Origin: Jimgerdemannia flammicorona
Taxonomy: Eukaryota
DNA length: 36,330 nt
Direction of reading: 5' to 3'
Assembly: GCA_003990765.1 (NCBI GenBank)
Contig: RBNJ01000223.1
Coordinates: 1-36,330 of the forward strand
Shown here: positions 23,730-36,321 of the stretch, one piece after another
How the letters are laid out: every line of letters starts with the position of its first letter
Numbering within the stretch: position 1 is the first letter of the stretch
The notes under the pieces: generated by a model
The model's input: only the letters and a program-made list of their open reading frames with translations
The model's database searches: none
Told to the model about the DNA's origin: nothing
Position numbers and translations under genes: made by a program

Positions 23730-24630
23730 AAAAATCAATATCCTTGTTGATTGAGAAATTGAGAACCAGGGGAGAGAAAGGTGGGGAATCCTCCTCAGGA
23801 TTGTTACCCTCTTTTGCAGGGGGAGTGGTTACTGGTGGTTTGCTATCCAGAATGGAGAAGTCAATGAGGTCTGCAAATAGTTCTTGTATTGGAATAGGTG
23901 CTGGTATAGGGGTTCTCTATCTGATGTAGTTGGGGCCATCCAAGTAGAGCTCTTGATCTTCATACCTGGGAATATCCATTTGGATAGGTGGTCCTTCAAA
24001 GAGGACAGAGAGACCTTGGAGCCATTGGTCAGGGTTGTTATTCAGGAGAGGGCTCCAGTAGGGTTCACAGTCAGTAGACTTGAGGGCAATTCAGGAGTTG
24101 GCTTCTTGAGCGACCTTGACTTCTAGGGCATCGACCTCAGGGAAAGAGAGGTTCTGGAAGTCCTTCAGTTGTATATAGTTGAGGTTGAGGATCATGAAGG
24201 ATGTATGGCATATGATTTGATGGACCTTCTTGGCAAGTCTTTGCTCGTGCCTATCTAGGTGGGTTCAATCAGAGACTTGGTCCATGGGCAGGTCCCTTAC
24301 TCATTGGAGGAGTTGATGGCCAATCTCATATTCATGCCAGATCTCTAGGCGGCTGGTGGCAAGATAGGCTCTTTCAATGACTTCATAGTGGTTGAGGACA
24401 TAGTGTCCTAGGTCCTGGCTGGAGAGGTTAAGGGCCTCTGAGCAGTGGTTCCTTCCTTGGATGGCAACCTGGATGTGTCCAAAGAGGCGGTCAACCTGGC
24501 TTAGGAGGGGCTGGCTACAGCAGGCAGTTTGGCAGCAGATGGCAGGTATTCTTGTCTTGTCTTTTCTTTGTAAGGAAAGGAGGATGAGAGTTGCAGGGTA
24601 TTCTTGCCTTGGGTATTTATACTTATTCAT
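23728..24630 (-). pseudogene. Accessory ORF of element B between pol and the PPT, ~270-300 codons
   Basis: One frame with 4 internal stops (3 TGA, 1 TAG) ends with TAA at the PPT. GTATAAATACCC at 24611-24622 suggests the true start is just downstream of 24610. Confidence 0.8.
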
Positions 24631-25197
24631 CCATCTGATGTGACCTTCCTTTGGTCACGCTTTCTGGCAAAATGCATGACCTGTGCTATAAGTGGAGCAT
24701 GTGCTGGTTACATAAGAAAATCTTGATTTCAAAGATCTCGTCACCCATAGTTGTGGTTACACAGAGTTAACAGGTCTTGGTCCACTTTTTTTTTGTCTGG
24801 TTGGCATATTTGCAAGGACTGGCCATCCTTGTCTAGGGCAAGGGCTCCCATTGTCGTGGCTGGGGGTTTAAACCTCTCGGAAATAGACTTTTCTTGTAAT
24901 CTGAGGCAATTCCTACTAACAATATCTGTCACATGGATGGACTTAGACTGGTTTCGACATTGTCGGCTTTCCTAAGTTTCACATGAAGCATCCGTCATCA
25001 TCCAGTGGAGATGACACAGATGGTATAAACTGGAGTTGTTCAAATGTGTTTTGCTGTACTATACTAGATTGTTCTTTTGCTCAGGTATCTTCTTGTTGGT
25101 TATCCATAGTATTCCTTTTTTTTTTCACAATGTTTGGTATTATATGTTTTCAGATAAAAATATGTGGTACCCTTCTGCTCGCTGTGTGCTTCTATAC

Positions 25198-28100
25198 TTA
25201 GAGCTGTAGTTCCTTCCTTTGCTGGGGGGTGAGTATTTCCATATAGTCCTGGAGGGCTTGGCATGTATTCTTTAGGGCTTCTTCTTTTTCCCAGGTAGCA
25301 TCATGGGTGGGGTAACCCTTCCACTTGATCAGGAAAAAGTGCTTGACTGTTTTGGGATATTTGCGGACCTTGTGGTCAAGTACTTCCTCAATTTCGAATT
25401 TCTCATGATCATTGATCCTAATTGGGGGTGGTGGTGGAACTGTACACTCAGGGAATGGGTTCTCATGGTAGTCTACCAATTGGCTGATATGGAATACTGG
25501 GTGTACTCGAATATTGTAGGGAAGTTGCAACTTATAGTTGACTTCGCTAATTTTTTCCACGATCTTGTATGGTCTAATTCTTCTAGTACAGAGTTTCTTG
25601 GCTGATTGTTGTGCCAGGGTGTCTGGGTGGAGGTGGTCTGTTCTAAGCATGACCTTATCACCAATATTATAGGAGGCTTCTCTTCATTTCAAGTTCGCAT
25701 ACTTGGTCTAGTAGTCTTGTGCTTCTATGAGAGCATCTCTTGTCATTCGGGTAAGATCAGAAATGGTCTCAGCCAGATCTTAGGCTGCTGGGACTGCTGA
25801 TTTCGTGGTAGTACTTGGGGTCCTTGGGTGTTGACCATGGTTTAGGAAGAATGGAGTCTTCTTTGTAGAGGTTTGCTGACTGTTGTTGTAGGCAAACTCA
25901 GCATGAGCTAGGTACTTGTCCCAATTGTTTTGCTTGTAACAGCAGAAGATGCTAAGCATCTGTTTGAGAGTCCTGTTTGTTCACTTGGTTTGACTGTCAG
26001 TCTGAGGGTGGTAGGCAGTAGAGAACTTCAGCTTGGTTCTATGGAGGGAGAAAAATGCCTTCCAGAAGTTGCTTGTGAACTTGGCGTCTTGGTCAGATAC
26101 AATAGTACTAGGCATGCCATGTAGCCTGAATACTTGATTGAGGAAAATCTTGGCAATCTCTAGTACTGTAGCAGTAGTTTTGGTGGGTACAAAATAGGCT
26201 TGTTTACTTAGGCGGTCCACGAATACCATGATGGCATCCTATCCTGCCTTGGTCTTGGGGAGTTGGACAATGAAGTCTATTGCAATCTGGTCCCAATTGT
26301 GACTCGGGATAGGCAAGGGTTGCAGGAGTCCTACTAGTAGCTTGTTACCACTTTTGAACCTTTGGCACATCTCACATGAGGCCACAAAGTCTTTGATATC
26401 CCTGGTCATATTTGGCCAGTAGAACTCTCTTGAGAGGAGGTTGTAGGTCTTTTCAAAACCAAAGTGTCCTGCTGCAGGAGTATCATGGAGTTCCTGCATG
26501 ATCTTGAGTCGCAGAGTATCATTGTTGGGTACAACCACTCTGTTATGGTCCCTGTAGATAAGTCCATCATGGTAGGTGAATCTCTTGGCCATTTGCCTCA
26601 TGGGTTCTGGAACCTCAGCCTCTGGGTCTTGGTAGAATTGAAGGAAATTCATCAGGGGGCTGTCTTGCTGGTAGCCGTCCTTGATCATTTAGGTAAGGTC
26701 TCCAATTACTTTGACCATGAAGACAAGTTTGTCTTCCATGTATCTGGAGAAACCATCAGTCACATGGTTGGTTTTGCCTGGGATATACTTGATTTCCATA
26801 TCAAAGTTGGCAATGATTTCTATCCAGCAGGCTTGTCTATGGGTCAGCATAGGCTGTGTGTGAATATACTGCAGTGCATGGTGATCAGTGTAGGCTACAA
26901 ATGGCTGTCCTAGGAGAAAATGGCACCATTCCTGGAGTGCAGTGACAATAGCCAGGAGTTCCTTCTCATAGGTGGTATACCGGGTCTCAGCTGGCTTGAG
27001 CTTTTGGGAAAGGTAGGCCACTGGGTGGTCTTCTTGACTGAGTACTGCTCTAATAGCAATATCGAGGCATTGGTGGTCAGAGTGAATAGTCTGGTGGGAT
27101 CAGGTACAATTAGCACTGGGGCCTTAGTAAGGAGTCTCTTGAGGTGGTCCATTGCTAGGGTGTATTTGGGGGTCCATTCAGCTTTGATGTTCACTCCTTT
27201 GCAGGCCAGACTGGTTAATGGAGCTGCAATAGCAGAGTATCCTTGGATAAACCTTCGGTAATAACCGGCAATACCCAGAAAGCACTAGAGTAGCTTGAGA
27301 GTAGTAGGGATAGGGATATCCTTAAGGGCTGATACTTTTCGGTGGTCCACATTGATATCTTCAGCAGAGATGATGTGTCCTAGGTATTCAATCTGGTCTT
27401 GGTAGAACTTACATTTGCTCATCTTGGCATAGAGCTGGTGTTCTCACAGGAGGGTCAGTACTTGTCTGAGATGGGTGTAGTGTAGCTCTACTGTCTTGCT
27501 GTAGATTAGTATATCATCAATATACACAAGAACACAGATGTTGAGGAGTGGTCCAAAGATATCATTCATCAGATACTGGAATGTTGCTGGTGCATTGGTC
27601 AATCCAAAAGGCATGACTTAGAACTGGTAGTGTCCAAACTATGTTCGGAAAGCTGTCTTCTCAATGTCCTTCTCATCAATGAGAATCTAGTGGTAGCCAT
27701 TTCGCAAATCCAGTAGAGAAAAGGTCTTGGCCTTGAAGATTTGGTGTAGCAACTCATCAATCCTGAGCAAGGCATATTGATTCTTGATAGTGATCTTATT
27801 GAGGGCTCTGTAGTCAATACACATTTGCAGAGAGCCATCCTTCTTCTTGAAAAATAGAATGGGGGCTCCAAATGGAGAGTGGCTGGGTTCAATATATCCT
27901 TGGGCCAGTAATTTGGTCAATTCATCCTTGAGAGTCTTGAGTTCAGGTTGAGCCAGTTGATAGATACTCTTGTATGGGGGTTCAGATTCTAGAATAAGAT
28001 CAATTCCATGTTGGATTTGGCACTTAGGTGGGAGTCCTTGAGGATCTTGGAATACATCTTGGAATTCTTCAAACAGTTCTTGAGCTTCTGTTGGAATTGG

Positions 28101-31100
28101 ACTACTTATAGCTTCAGTGACTTCTTGTACTGTACAGATGAAGTAAGTGTTTCCCTTTTTTCGAGATAGTCTCTTTATTTGAATGGTAGAGATGATTTCG
28201 ATTCCTTGGTAGTTGGTACCTTCCTGGGGTGTCAGAGTGATCTTTCTGCCTTCATGGGTCAGGTTAACCTCATTGGTTCTCCAGTTGATGTCTGGGTTGT
28301 GCTGGGTCAACCAGGCTTTTCCTAAGATAATGTCTTGTCCTGGGAGGTCTACAATGCTGAAGTCCAACTTCTCTTGATATTTGCCAATCTTGAGCAAAAG
28401 GTCTTCACAGATCTTAGTTAATGGTGCAGTCTTTCCATCACCAAAGGTAACACTTCTTTTCTCAATAGTTGGTCTACTTCGGGCTCCTATCCTCTTGGCA
28501 GTCTTGGTGCTGATGTAGTTTCCAGTAGCACTACTATCAAGCAAAACATTGACATTTTGTCTGTGGACTTGGCCTGTGAACTTGATGCAATTATCCTCCT
28601 TCTTGATGGTGTTGAGCTCTTCATCCTCAGTGTTGTCCCATTTGCTATCAGTCTCCTCAAAGTCAGTTTTTCCCCATCCTTCACAAGGAGGGTTGTCTTG
28701 TTTGGGTTCCTCAGTCTGTTGAGCTTAGCGCTTCTTGGATTGAATTTTGAAAACTTTGGAGAGGTATGCATGGTATTCACCAATATGTTCTATACAGTAC
28801 ATTTGAATAGAATGAGGGCATCGTCCACATGATGCATAACCATCTGCAATTCTCTTGTACCAGTTTTCATCATCTTCCTTCATGGTAGTGACCTTTTGAC
28901 TGAGAGGTTTGTTGGTGGATCCAAACCCTTTCTTGCCACGATCTGTCTGGGAGAGTTCAGGGACTTCTTCAATGGTGAGATCTTGACGGATTTCTTCAAT
29001 GATTGCTTGGGCAATTCTTTGGCCTACTTTGACTTCAAATGATATGTCTCAAAAATTTCGTAAGATGACATGGATTTCACCAGTAAATCCTTGGTCAACT
29101 ACTCCTCCTCCTAGCCCAATATTGAACTCTTTGGCTAGGCTGCTTTGCTCAGCAAGGCGGATGTATGTACCTCTGGGGGCTTATATTGCAATTTCTGTTT
29201 GCACTATAGTATTGATACTTGGTGGGATGGTGAGGTCTTGGCGGCTATAGAGGTCATATCCAGTATCAGTTGGGTGGGCCTTAATGGAGATGGTAGCCTT
29301 GTATCATATCTTCTATACTTTGATGACATTCTTGGGATTCTTCTTTCCTGGACCTTCTCCAATAACAGTAATGTTCTGGTTACTGGGTTCACCTGTTCTA
29401 TTCTTCTTCTCAGGGCATCTGAATGAGATGTGTCCTGCCTTCTTGCAGATGAAACACAATCCCTTTTTATGGAGTTGCCTCTTTTCATCCTCAGTAGGAG
29501 GTCTGGGTCCTCTGGGGTTTCACTGGTTCCTTTGATCATTCTGTTGATCATATCTTTGATCATTTCTCCTGGTGGGGTTTCTCCTATCTTGGTTATCCTT
29601 CTTGTGTTCTTGATTCCATGGAGCTTGTACAGCTAGGATTTCGCAGGCTCTTCTTTGTACTTGGGCAAAGCACCATGAGTAGTGGGGACATCCTTGGGGA
29701 AGACCTTGTTCCTTGATCTTCTGGGTGAGCCAGTCTGATAGGGCTACAAAGAGATGGTTGGCTTTGGTACCATTGATGGCCAAATTGTTTCCTGATAGGT
29801 AAGTCTAACAGTTTTGAGATAGGCATCCATTCTGGTGGCAAAAGTCTCTAGATCCTCTTCGCCATTCTTGTGGAACTTCATCTGGGACAGTTTGTTCCAT
29901 GTTTCTTATATGTAAGCTACATTTCAGAATTTGGTCAGTAGCAAGGCCTTGAGTCCTGGGCCTGCTTCATAGTCATCTCAATCTGGTCTATTGTTGCTGG
30001 GTACTTGTCTATTGACTTAAGGGCAGCTTCTCAGGTTACTGGGTGTTGTTCCAAGGTTCACCAGAATTCAGCTGCTATTCCAGTGAAGAATGTGGCTACT
30101 GTTTCTACTTGTGCTGCTGATGTGGCAAACAGCTGGTGAAGGATGCTGTTCTGGTTGTTGGTGAGCATTCCTATAGGTACTCAGTTGTCATTCCATTGGT
30201 TTACTCAGTAGCCTGTGTCAACTACATTAATGAAGTTTTTAATGTCACTATTTTTTCCACTGAATGTTGGGATTCGCAAAGTCTTGGTTAGTTTGTTCTG
30301 TTCAGCAATCTGTCCTACTATCCCTGCTAGTGCTGCTAGCTGGGTGGTCAGTGCTGCAATATTGATATCTACCATTGTGCTGACTATTGGTGGTGGGCCT
30401 GTTGGAGTAGATTCTCCTGAAGATTGTTCTGCTTAGTGGGGTTGTGGTGCTGTATGACTTGGAGTTACTTGGTTCCCGGATATTAAGTCAAAGAGTCCTG
30501 TGAGAGAGGGTAAACCAAACCTCTGTATAGGTGGCTAGGTTGGTTCTGGGGTCTGATCTTCTTAACCTGTGGTTCCTTGGTAAATTCCTAGGCCTACTGT
30601 TCCTTGTTGGCTATCATCAGACTGGTAACCTATAGAGTCTTCATCTGACTCCCTTCCCTGATGAGATAGTGCATCCTCATACTGACTAGGTCCTTCAAAG
30701 AGGATATCAGTCTCTGGCTGGGTTGATGGGCCTGCTCCTTATTCAGCAGTAGGGGATGGATGGCCTGCTTGCTCATTCTCGTACCTCATTATGGCAGAGG
30801 CATAGTATACAACTAGCCTGTAGTAGAGGGAGGTCTTGGTTGGTGTATGATGATACCTGTCAGAGGCAATCCACTTGGCAGCTGCTTCTCTTATAGCAGG
30901 GGGTGTAATATAATCTAAAAAATCCTGAGTGGCTGCAGCAGTAGATTCTGGGGTCCTAGTGGTTCCAATGTGTCCTCAGAGGAGTTTGTAGAACCTATGG
31001 TGGCTAACAATATTCCTAAGTCCTGGGTGGTATGTCCTAAAGGCCTGGTATAGATCCTTGTAAGCCTGGTCAATTACAAGCTGGTGGGTCCTTGGGTCTA

Positions 31101-31200
31101 TGGTTTCCTGGTACCACCTGGTCCTAATGGCAAGGGCTTCTCTGGCTCTGGTTTGAGGATCTACAGTTATTTCTAGGGGTTACTTCTGTCCAAGATTGGT
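25198..31200 (-). pseudogene. Element B gag-pol polyprotein
   Basis: [66 protein letters not shown]...CEMCQ; IAIDFI; chromodomain FEIEEVLDH...FLIKWKGYPTHDATWE. The 5' end is approximate. Confidence 0.93.
28910..29330 (-). pseudogene. dut: dUTPase domain in element B
   Basis: TGYDLYS, SSLAK, GGGVVDQGFTGEI, RIAQAII, RGKKGFGST. Confidence 0.92.
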
Positions 31201-31247
31201 CTTGTTCCAACTTCAGGAGTGTGTTCTTTGGTGTCTTCTTGGCTGGT

Positions 31248-31262
31248 AATCCACTGCTACCA
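31248..31262 (-). promoter_or_regulatory. Primer-binding site of element B, tRNA-iMet-like
   Basis: TGGTAGCAGTGGATT lies 3 nt (ACT) after the 5' LTR, the same spacing as in A. Confidence 0.8.
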
Positions 31263-31265
31263 AGT

Positions 31266-32079
31266 TGTAATAACTCTCACTTCTACCCCTCTCTTATCCT
31301 TAGAATAATTAGGGAAGTAGACTATTACTTAGGGACTTAGTATACAATGTATACCAAGAAGCCTTCAGTTTGAGGAAGTGCTCACTTTAAGTAATTGTAG
31401 TGGCAGTGCCTTATCTTTCAAAGGTCTTTCTCTGGGTTGCCTTCTATTTCAAAGGTCTTTCTCTTGTGCCCTATTTCGAGGGTCTCGTTCTTTGGTGTGC
31501 ACAGACTGAATTTGCCTTGGAATTCAGATTCAATGGGTTAACTTAAGTCTTTGGGGATTTATATACCGGTCTCAGTTCTGGCAGAAGTTAGCTAGGCTTC
31601 TGGAGTTTAGTCAGAAACACTAGAGTCACTTAGATATCATTACTAAGACTCAGGGGAATGTGTGTGTGTGGGGGGAGACTTGATTCTTATATCAAGGACT
31701 GAACTAAAACTGCTTTATTTCGGATGGAAAACTGGGGGGTATTTATACAAGTTGGTCCATGATTTCTGACTAAGTATGAGTGACTAATTTGGTAACTATA
31801 ATGAGGTTTGTGATCGCAACCTTTGTCAGGTGGGTTTTGATAAAGAATATCTTTATGATCAGGACCTCAATTACTAGGCAATGATCAGTAGCTGTGGCAA
31901 CTGTTGCTGCAGTATCAGTTGTCAGGGATAAGCTAAATATCATTTTCCGCATCATTCGTTTGCATTGTTTAACACTCATTATTCATATGCCATGCTTGAT
32001 TGTATGATGATGTCATTGCCGGGTCATGTGATCGTTTGTCTTGTCATGTCCCATCTATTTGCTCGTTCATTCTATTATA
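31266..32079 (-). repeat. 5' LTR of element B
   Basis: Direct repeat of 22910-23716; terminal CA mutated to TA. Confidence 0.95.
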
Positions 32080-35000
32080 CCAGACCCCCACCAAGGATGA
32101 GAAGAAGCAGCTCCATGAAAAGGGATTGTGCTTTATCTGCAAGAAGGCAGGACACATCTCATTCAGATGCCCTGAGAAGAAGAACAAAACAGGCAAACCC
32201 AGTAACCAGAACATTACTATTATTGGAGAAGGTCCAGGAAAGAAAAACCCTGAGAATGTCATCAAAATACAGAAGATATGGTACAAGGCTACTATTCCCA
32301 CTAAGGCTCACCCAATCAATGCTGGATATGATCTCTACAGCAGCCAAGACCTCACTATTCCACCAAGTACCAATGCTATAGTGCAAACAGGAATTACAAT
32401 GCAAGCTTCCAAAGGAACATACATCTGCCTTGCTGAGTGAAGCAGCCTAGCCAAAGAGTTCAACATTAGACTAGGAGGAGGAGTAGTTGACCAAGGATTT
32501 ACTGGCAAAATCCATATCATCTTACAAAATTTTGGAAACATATCATTTGAAGTCAAAACAGGCCAAAGGATTGCCCAAGCAATCATTGAAGAAATCCGTC
32601 AAGATCTCACCATTGAAGAAGTTCCCGATCTCTCCCAGACAGATCATGGTAAGAAAGGGTTTGGATCTACCAACAAACCTCCTAGTCAAAAGGTCACTAC
32701 CATGAAATAAGATGATGAAAACTGATATAAGAGAATTGCAGATAGTTATGCACCATGTGGATGATGCCCTCATTCTATTTGAATGTACTGTATGGAACAT
32801 GTTGGTGAATACCATGCATGCCTCTCCAAAGTTTTCAAAATTCAATCTAAGAAATGCCAAGCCCAACAGACTGAGGAACCCAAACAAAACAACCCTTCTT
32901 GTGAAGGATGGGGAGAAACTGATTTCGAGGAGACTGACAGCAATTGGGACAATAATGAAGATGAAGAGCTCAATACCATCAAGAAGGAGGACAGTTGCAT
33001 CAAGTTCACAGGCCAAGTCCACAGATAAAATGTCAATATCTTGCTTGATAGTGGTGCTACTGGAAACTATATCAGCACTAAGACAGTCAATAGGATTGGA
33101 GCCCGAAGCAGACCAACTACCAAGAAAAGAAGTGTTACCTTTAGTGATAGAAAAACTGCACCATTGACCAAGATCTGCGAAGATCTTGGCTCAAGATTGG
33201 CAAATATCAAGAGAAGTTAGACTTCAGCATTGTAGACCTCTCAGGACAAGATATTATCTTAGAAAAAGCCTGGTTGACCCAGTACAATCCAGACATCAAC
33301 TGGAGAACCAACAAGGTTAACCTGACCCATGAAGACAGAAAGATCACCCTGATACCACAGGAAGGTACAAACCACCAAGGAATCGAAATCATCTCTGCCA
33401 TTCAAATGAAGAGACTCTCTCGAAAAAAGGGAAACACCTACTTCATCTGTATAGTATAAGAAGTCACTGAAGCTACAAGTAGCCCAATTCCAACAGAAGC
33501 TCAAGAACTGTTTGAAGAATTCCAAAATATATTCCAAGACCCCCAAGGACTTCCACCTAAGTGCCAAATCCAACATGGAATTGATCTCATTTCAGGATCT
33601 GAACCCCCATACAAGAGTATCTACCAACTGGCCCAACCTGAGCTCAAGACCCTCAAGGATGAATTGACCAAACTACTGGCCCAAGGATATATTGAACCCA
33701 GCTGCTCTCCATTTGGAGCCCCCATTCTATTTGTCAAAAAGAAGAATGGCTCTCTGTGAATGTGTTTTGACTACAGAGCCCTCAATAAGATCACTATCAA
33801 GAACCAGTATGCCTTACCTAGGATTGATGAGTTGCTATACTAAATCTTTAAGGCCAAGACCTTTTCTCTACTGGATTTGTAAAATGGCTACCACCAGATT
33901 CTCATTGATGAGAAGGACATTGAGAATACAGCTTTCTGAACATAGTTTGGGCACTACCCATTCCAAGTCATGCCTTTTGGATTGACCAATACACCAGCAA
34001 CATTCCAGTATCTGATGAATGACATCTTTGGACCACTTCTCAAAATCTGTATTCTTGTGTATATTGATGATATACTAATCTACAGTGAGACAGTAGAGCT
34101 ACACTACACCTACCTCAGACAGGTACTGACCCTTCTGCGAGAACACCAGCTCTATGCCAAGATGAGCAAGTTTAAGTTCTATCAAGACTAGATTGAGTAC
34201 TTAGGATACATCATCTCTGCTGAAGGTATCAATGTGGACCCCCAAAAGGTATCAGTCCTTAAGGATATCCTTATCCCTACTACCCTTAAGCTACTCCAGC
34301 ACTTTCTGGATATTGCCAGTTATTACTGAAGGTTTATCTAAGGATACTCTGCTATTGCAGCCCCACTGACCAGCCTGGCCCACAAAGGAGTGAACATCAA
34401 AACTGAATGGACCCCCAAATGCATCCTGACTAGGGGCCATCTCAAGAGACTCCTTACTGAGGCCCCAGTGCTAATTGCACCTGACTCTATCAGACCATTC
34501 ACTCTGATCATAGATGCCTCTGACATTGCCATTGGGGCAGTGCTCAGCCAAGAAGACTGCCCAGTGGCCTACCTTTCTCAAAAGCTCAAGCCAGGGGAAA
34601 CCCAGTATACTACCTATGAGAAGGAACTCCTGGCTATTGTCACTGCACTTTAGGAATAGTACCATTTCCTCCTAGGACAGCCATTTGTGGCCTACACTGA
34701 TCACTATGCATTGCAGTATATTCATACACAGCTTATGCTGACCCACAGACAAGCCCGCTGGATAGAAATCATTGCCAACTTTGATATGGAAATCAAGTAT
34801 ATTTCAGGCAAAACCAACTGTATGGCTGATGGTTTCTCCAGGTACATGGAAGATGAACTTGTTTTCATGATTGAAGTAATTGAAGATCTTACCCAAATGA
34901 TCAAGGATGGCTATCAGCAAGACAGCCCTCTGACAAATTTCCTTCAATTCTGCCAAGACCCAGAGGCCAAGATTCCAGAACCCATGAGGTAAATGGCCAA

Positions 35001-36321
35001 GAGATTCACCTATCATGATGGACTTATCTACAGGGACCACAACAGAGTAGTTGTATCCAACAATGATACTCTGTGGCTCAAGATCATGCAGGAACTCCAT
35101 GATACTCCTGCAGCAGGACATTTTGGTTTCAAAAAAACCTACAACCTCCTCTCAAGAGAGTTCTACTGGCCAAAGATAACCAAGGACATCAAAGACTTTG
35201 TGACCTCATATGAGATGTGCCAGAGATTTAAAAGTGGTAATAAGCTACCAGCAGGACTCCTGCAACCCTTGCCTATTCTGAGTTACAATTGGGACCAGAT
35301 TGCAATGGACTTTATTGTCCAACTCCCCAAGATCAAGACAAGATGGGATGCCATTGTGGTATTCATGGACCGCCTAAGTAAACAAGCCCATTTTGCACCC
35401 AACAAGACCACCACTACAGCACCAGAGATTGCTGAGATTTTCCTCAATTAAGTATTCAGGCTACATAGCATGCCTAGTACTATTGTATCTGACCAAGATG
35501 CCAAGTTCACAAGCAACTTCTGGAAGGTATTTTTCTCTCTCCATGGAACCAAGCTGAAGTTCTCTACTGCCTACTACCCTCAGACTGATGGTCAAACCGA
35601 GCATACCAACAGAACTCTCAAGCAGATGCTTAGCATCTTCTGCTATTACAAATTAAATAATTGGGACAAGTACCTAGCCTATACTGAGTTTGCCTACAAC
35701 AACAGTCAGTAAACCTCCACGAAGAAGACCCCATTTTTCTTAAACCACAGTCAACACCCAAGGACCCCAAGTACTACTGTGAAATCAGTAGTCCCAGCAG
35801 CCCAAGATCTGGCTGAGACTATTTCTGACCTTACCTGAATGACAAGAGATGCTCTCATAGAAGCACAAGACTACCAGACCAAGTATGCAAACTTGAAGCA
35901 AAGAGAAGCCTCCTACAATATTGGTGACATGGTCATGCTTGGAACAGACCACCTCTACCCAGATACCCTGGCACAACAACTAGCTAAGAAACTCCATGCT
36001 AGAAGAATTAGACTATACAAGATCATGGAAAAGATCAGCAAAGTCAACTACAAGTTACAACTTCCCCACAATATCCAAGTGCACCCAGTGTTCCATATCA
36101 GCCAATTGGTGGACTTCTATGAGAACCCATTCCTCAAGCATACAATTCCATCACTACCCTTAATCAGGATCAATAATCATGAGAAATTTGAAATTAAGAA
36201 AGTACTTGACCACAAGGTCTGCAAATATCCCAAAACAGTCAAGCACTTTTTCCTGATCAAGTGGAAGGGTTACCCCACCCATGATGCTACCTGGAAAAAA
36301 GAAGAAGTCCTGAAGAATACA
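32080..36321 (+). mobile_element. Element C: internal gag-end to chromodomain segment of the B family, opposite orientation, no LTRs in the window
   Basis: Reverse complement of 25264-29506; CFICKKAGHISFRC, dUTPase, LLDSGATGNY, VYIDD, DASD, integrase, chromodomain. Confidence 0.93.
32255..32676 (+). pseudogene. dut: dUTPase domain in element C
   Basis: NAGYDLYS, GGGVVDQGFTG, IAQAII, KKGFGST. Confidence 0.92.

Larger units (their letters stand above)
22910..32079 (-). mobile_element. Ty3/Gypsy chromodomain LTR retrotransposon B with dUTPase and a 3' extra ORF
   Basis: Two ~0.81-kb LTRs TGTAATA...TATTACA/TA; PBS; PPT; full domain set. The flanks show no matching TSD. Confidence 0.93.

Noticed and set aside
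24741..24932. Small ORF between pol and the accessory gene of B
   Set aside because: It is short and has no motif or counterpart that I can see in A or D.
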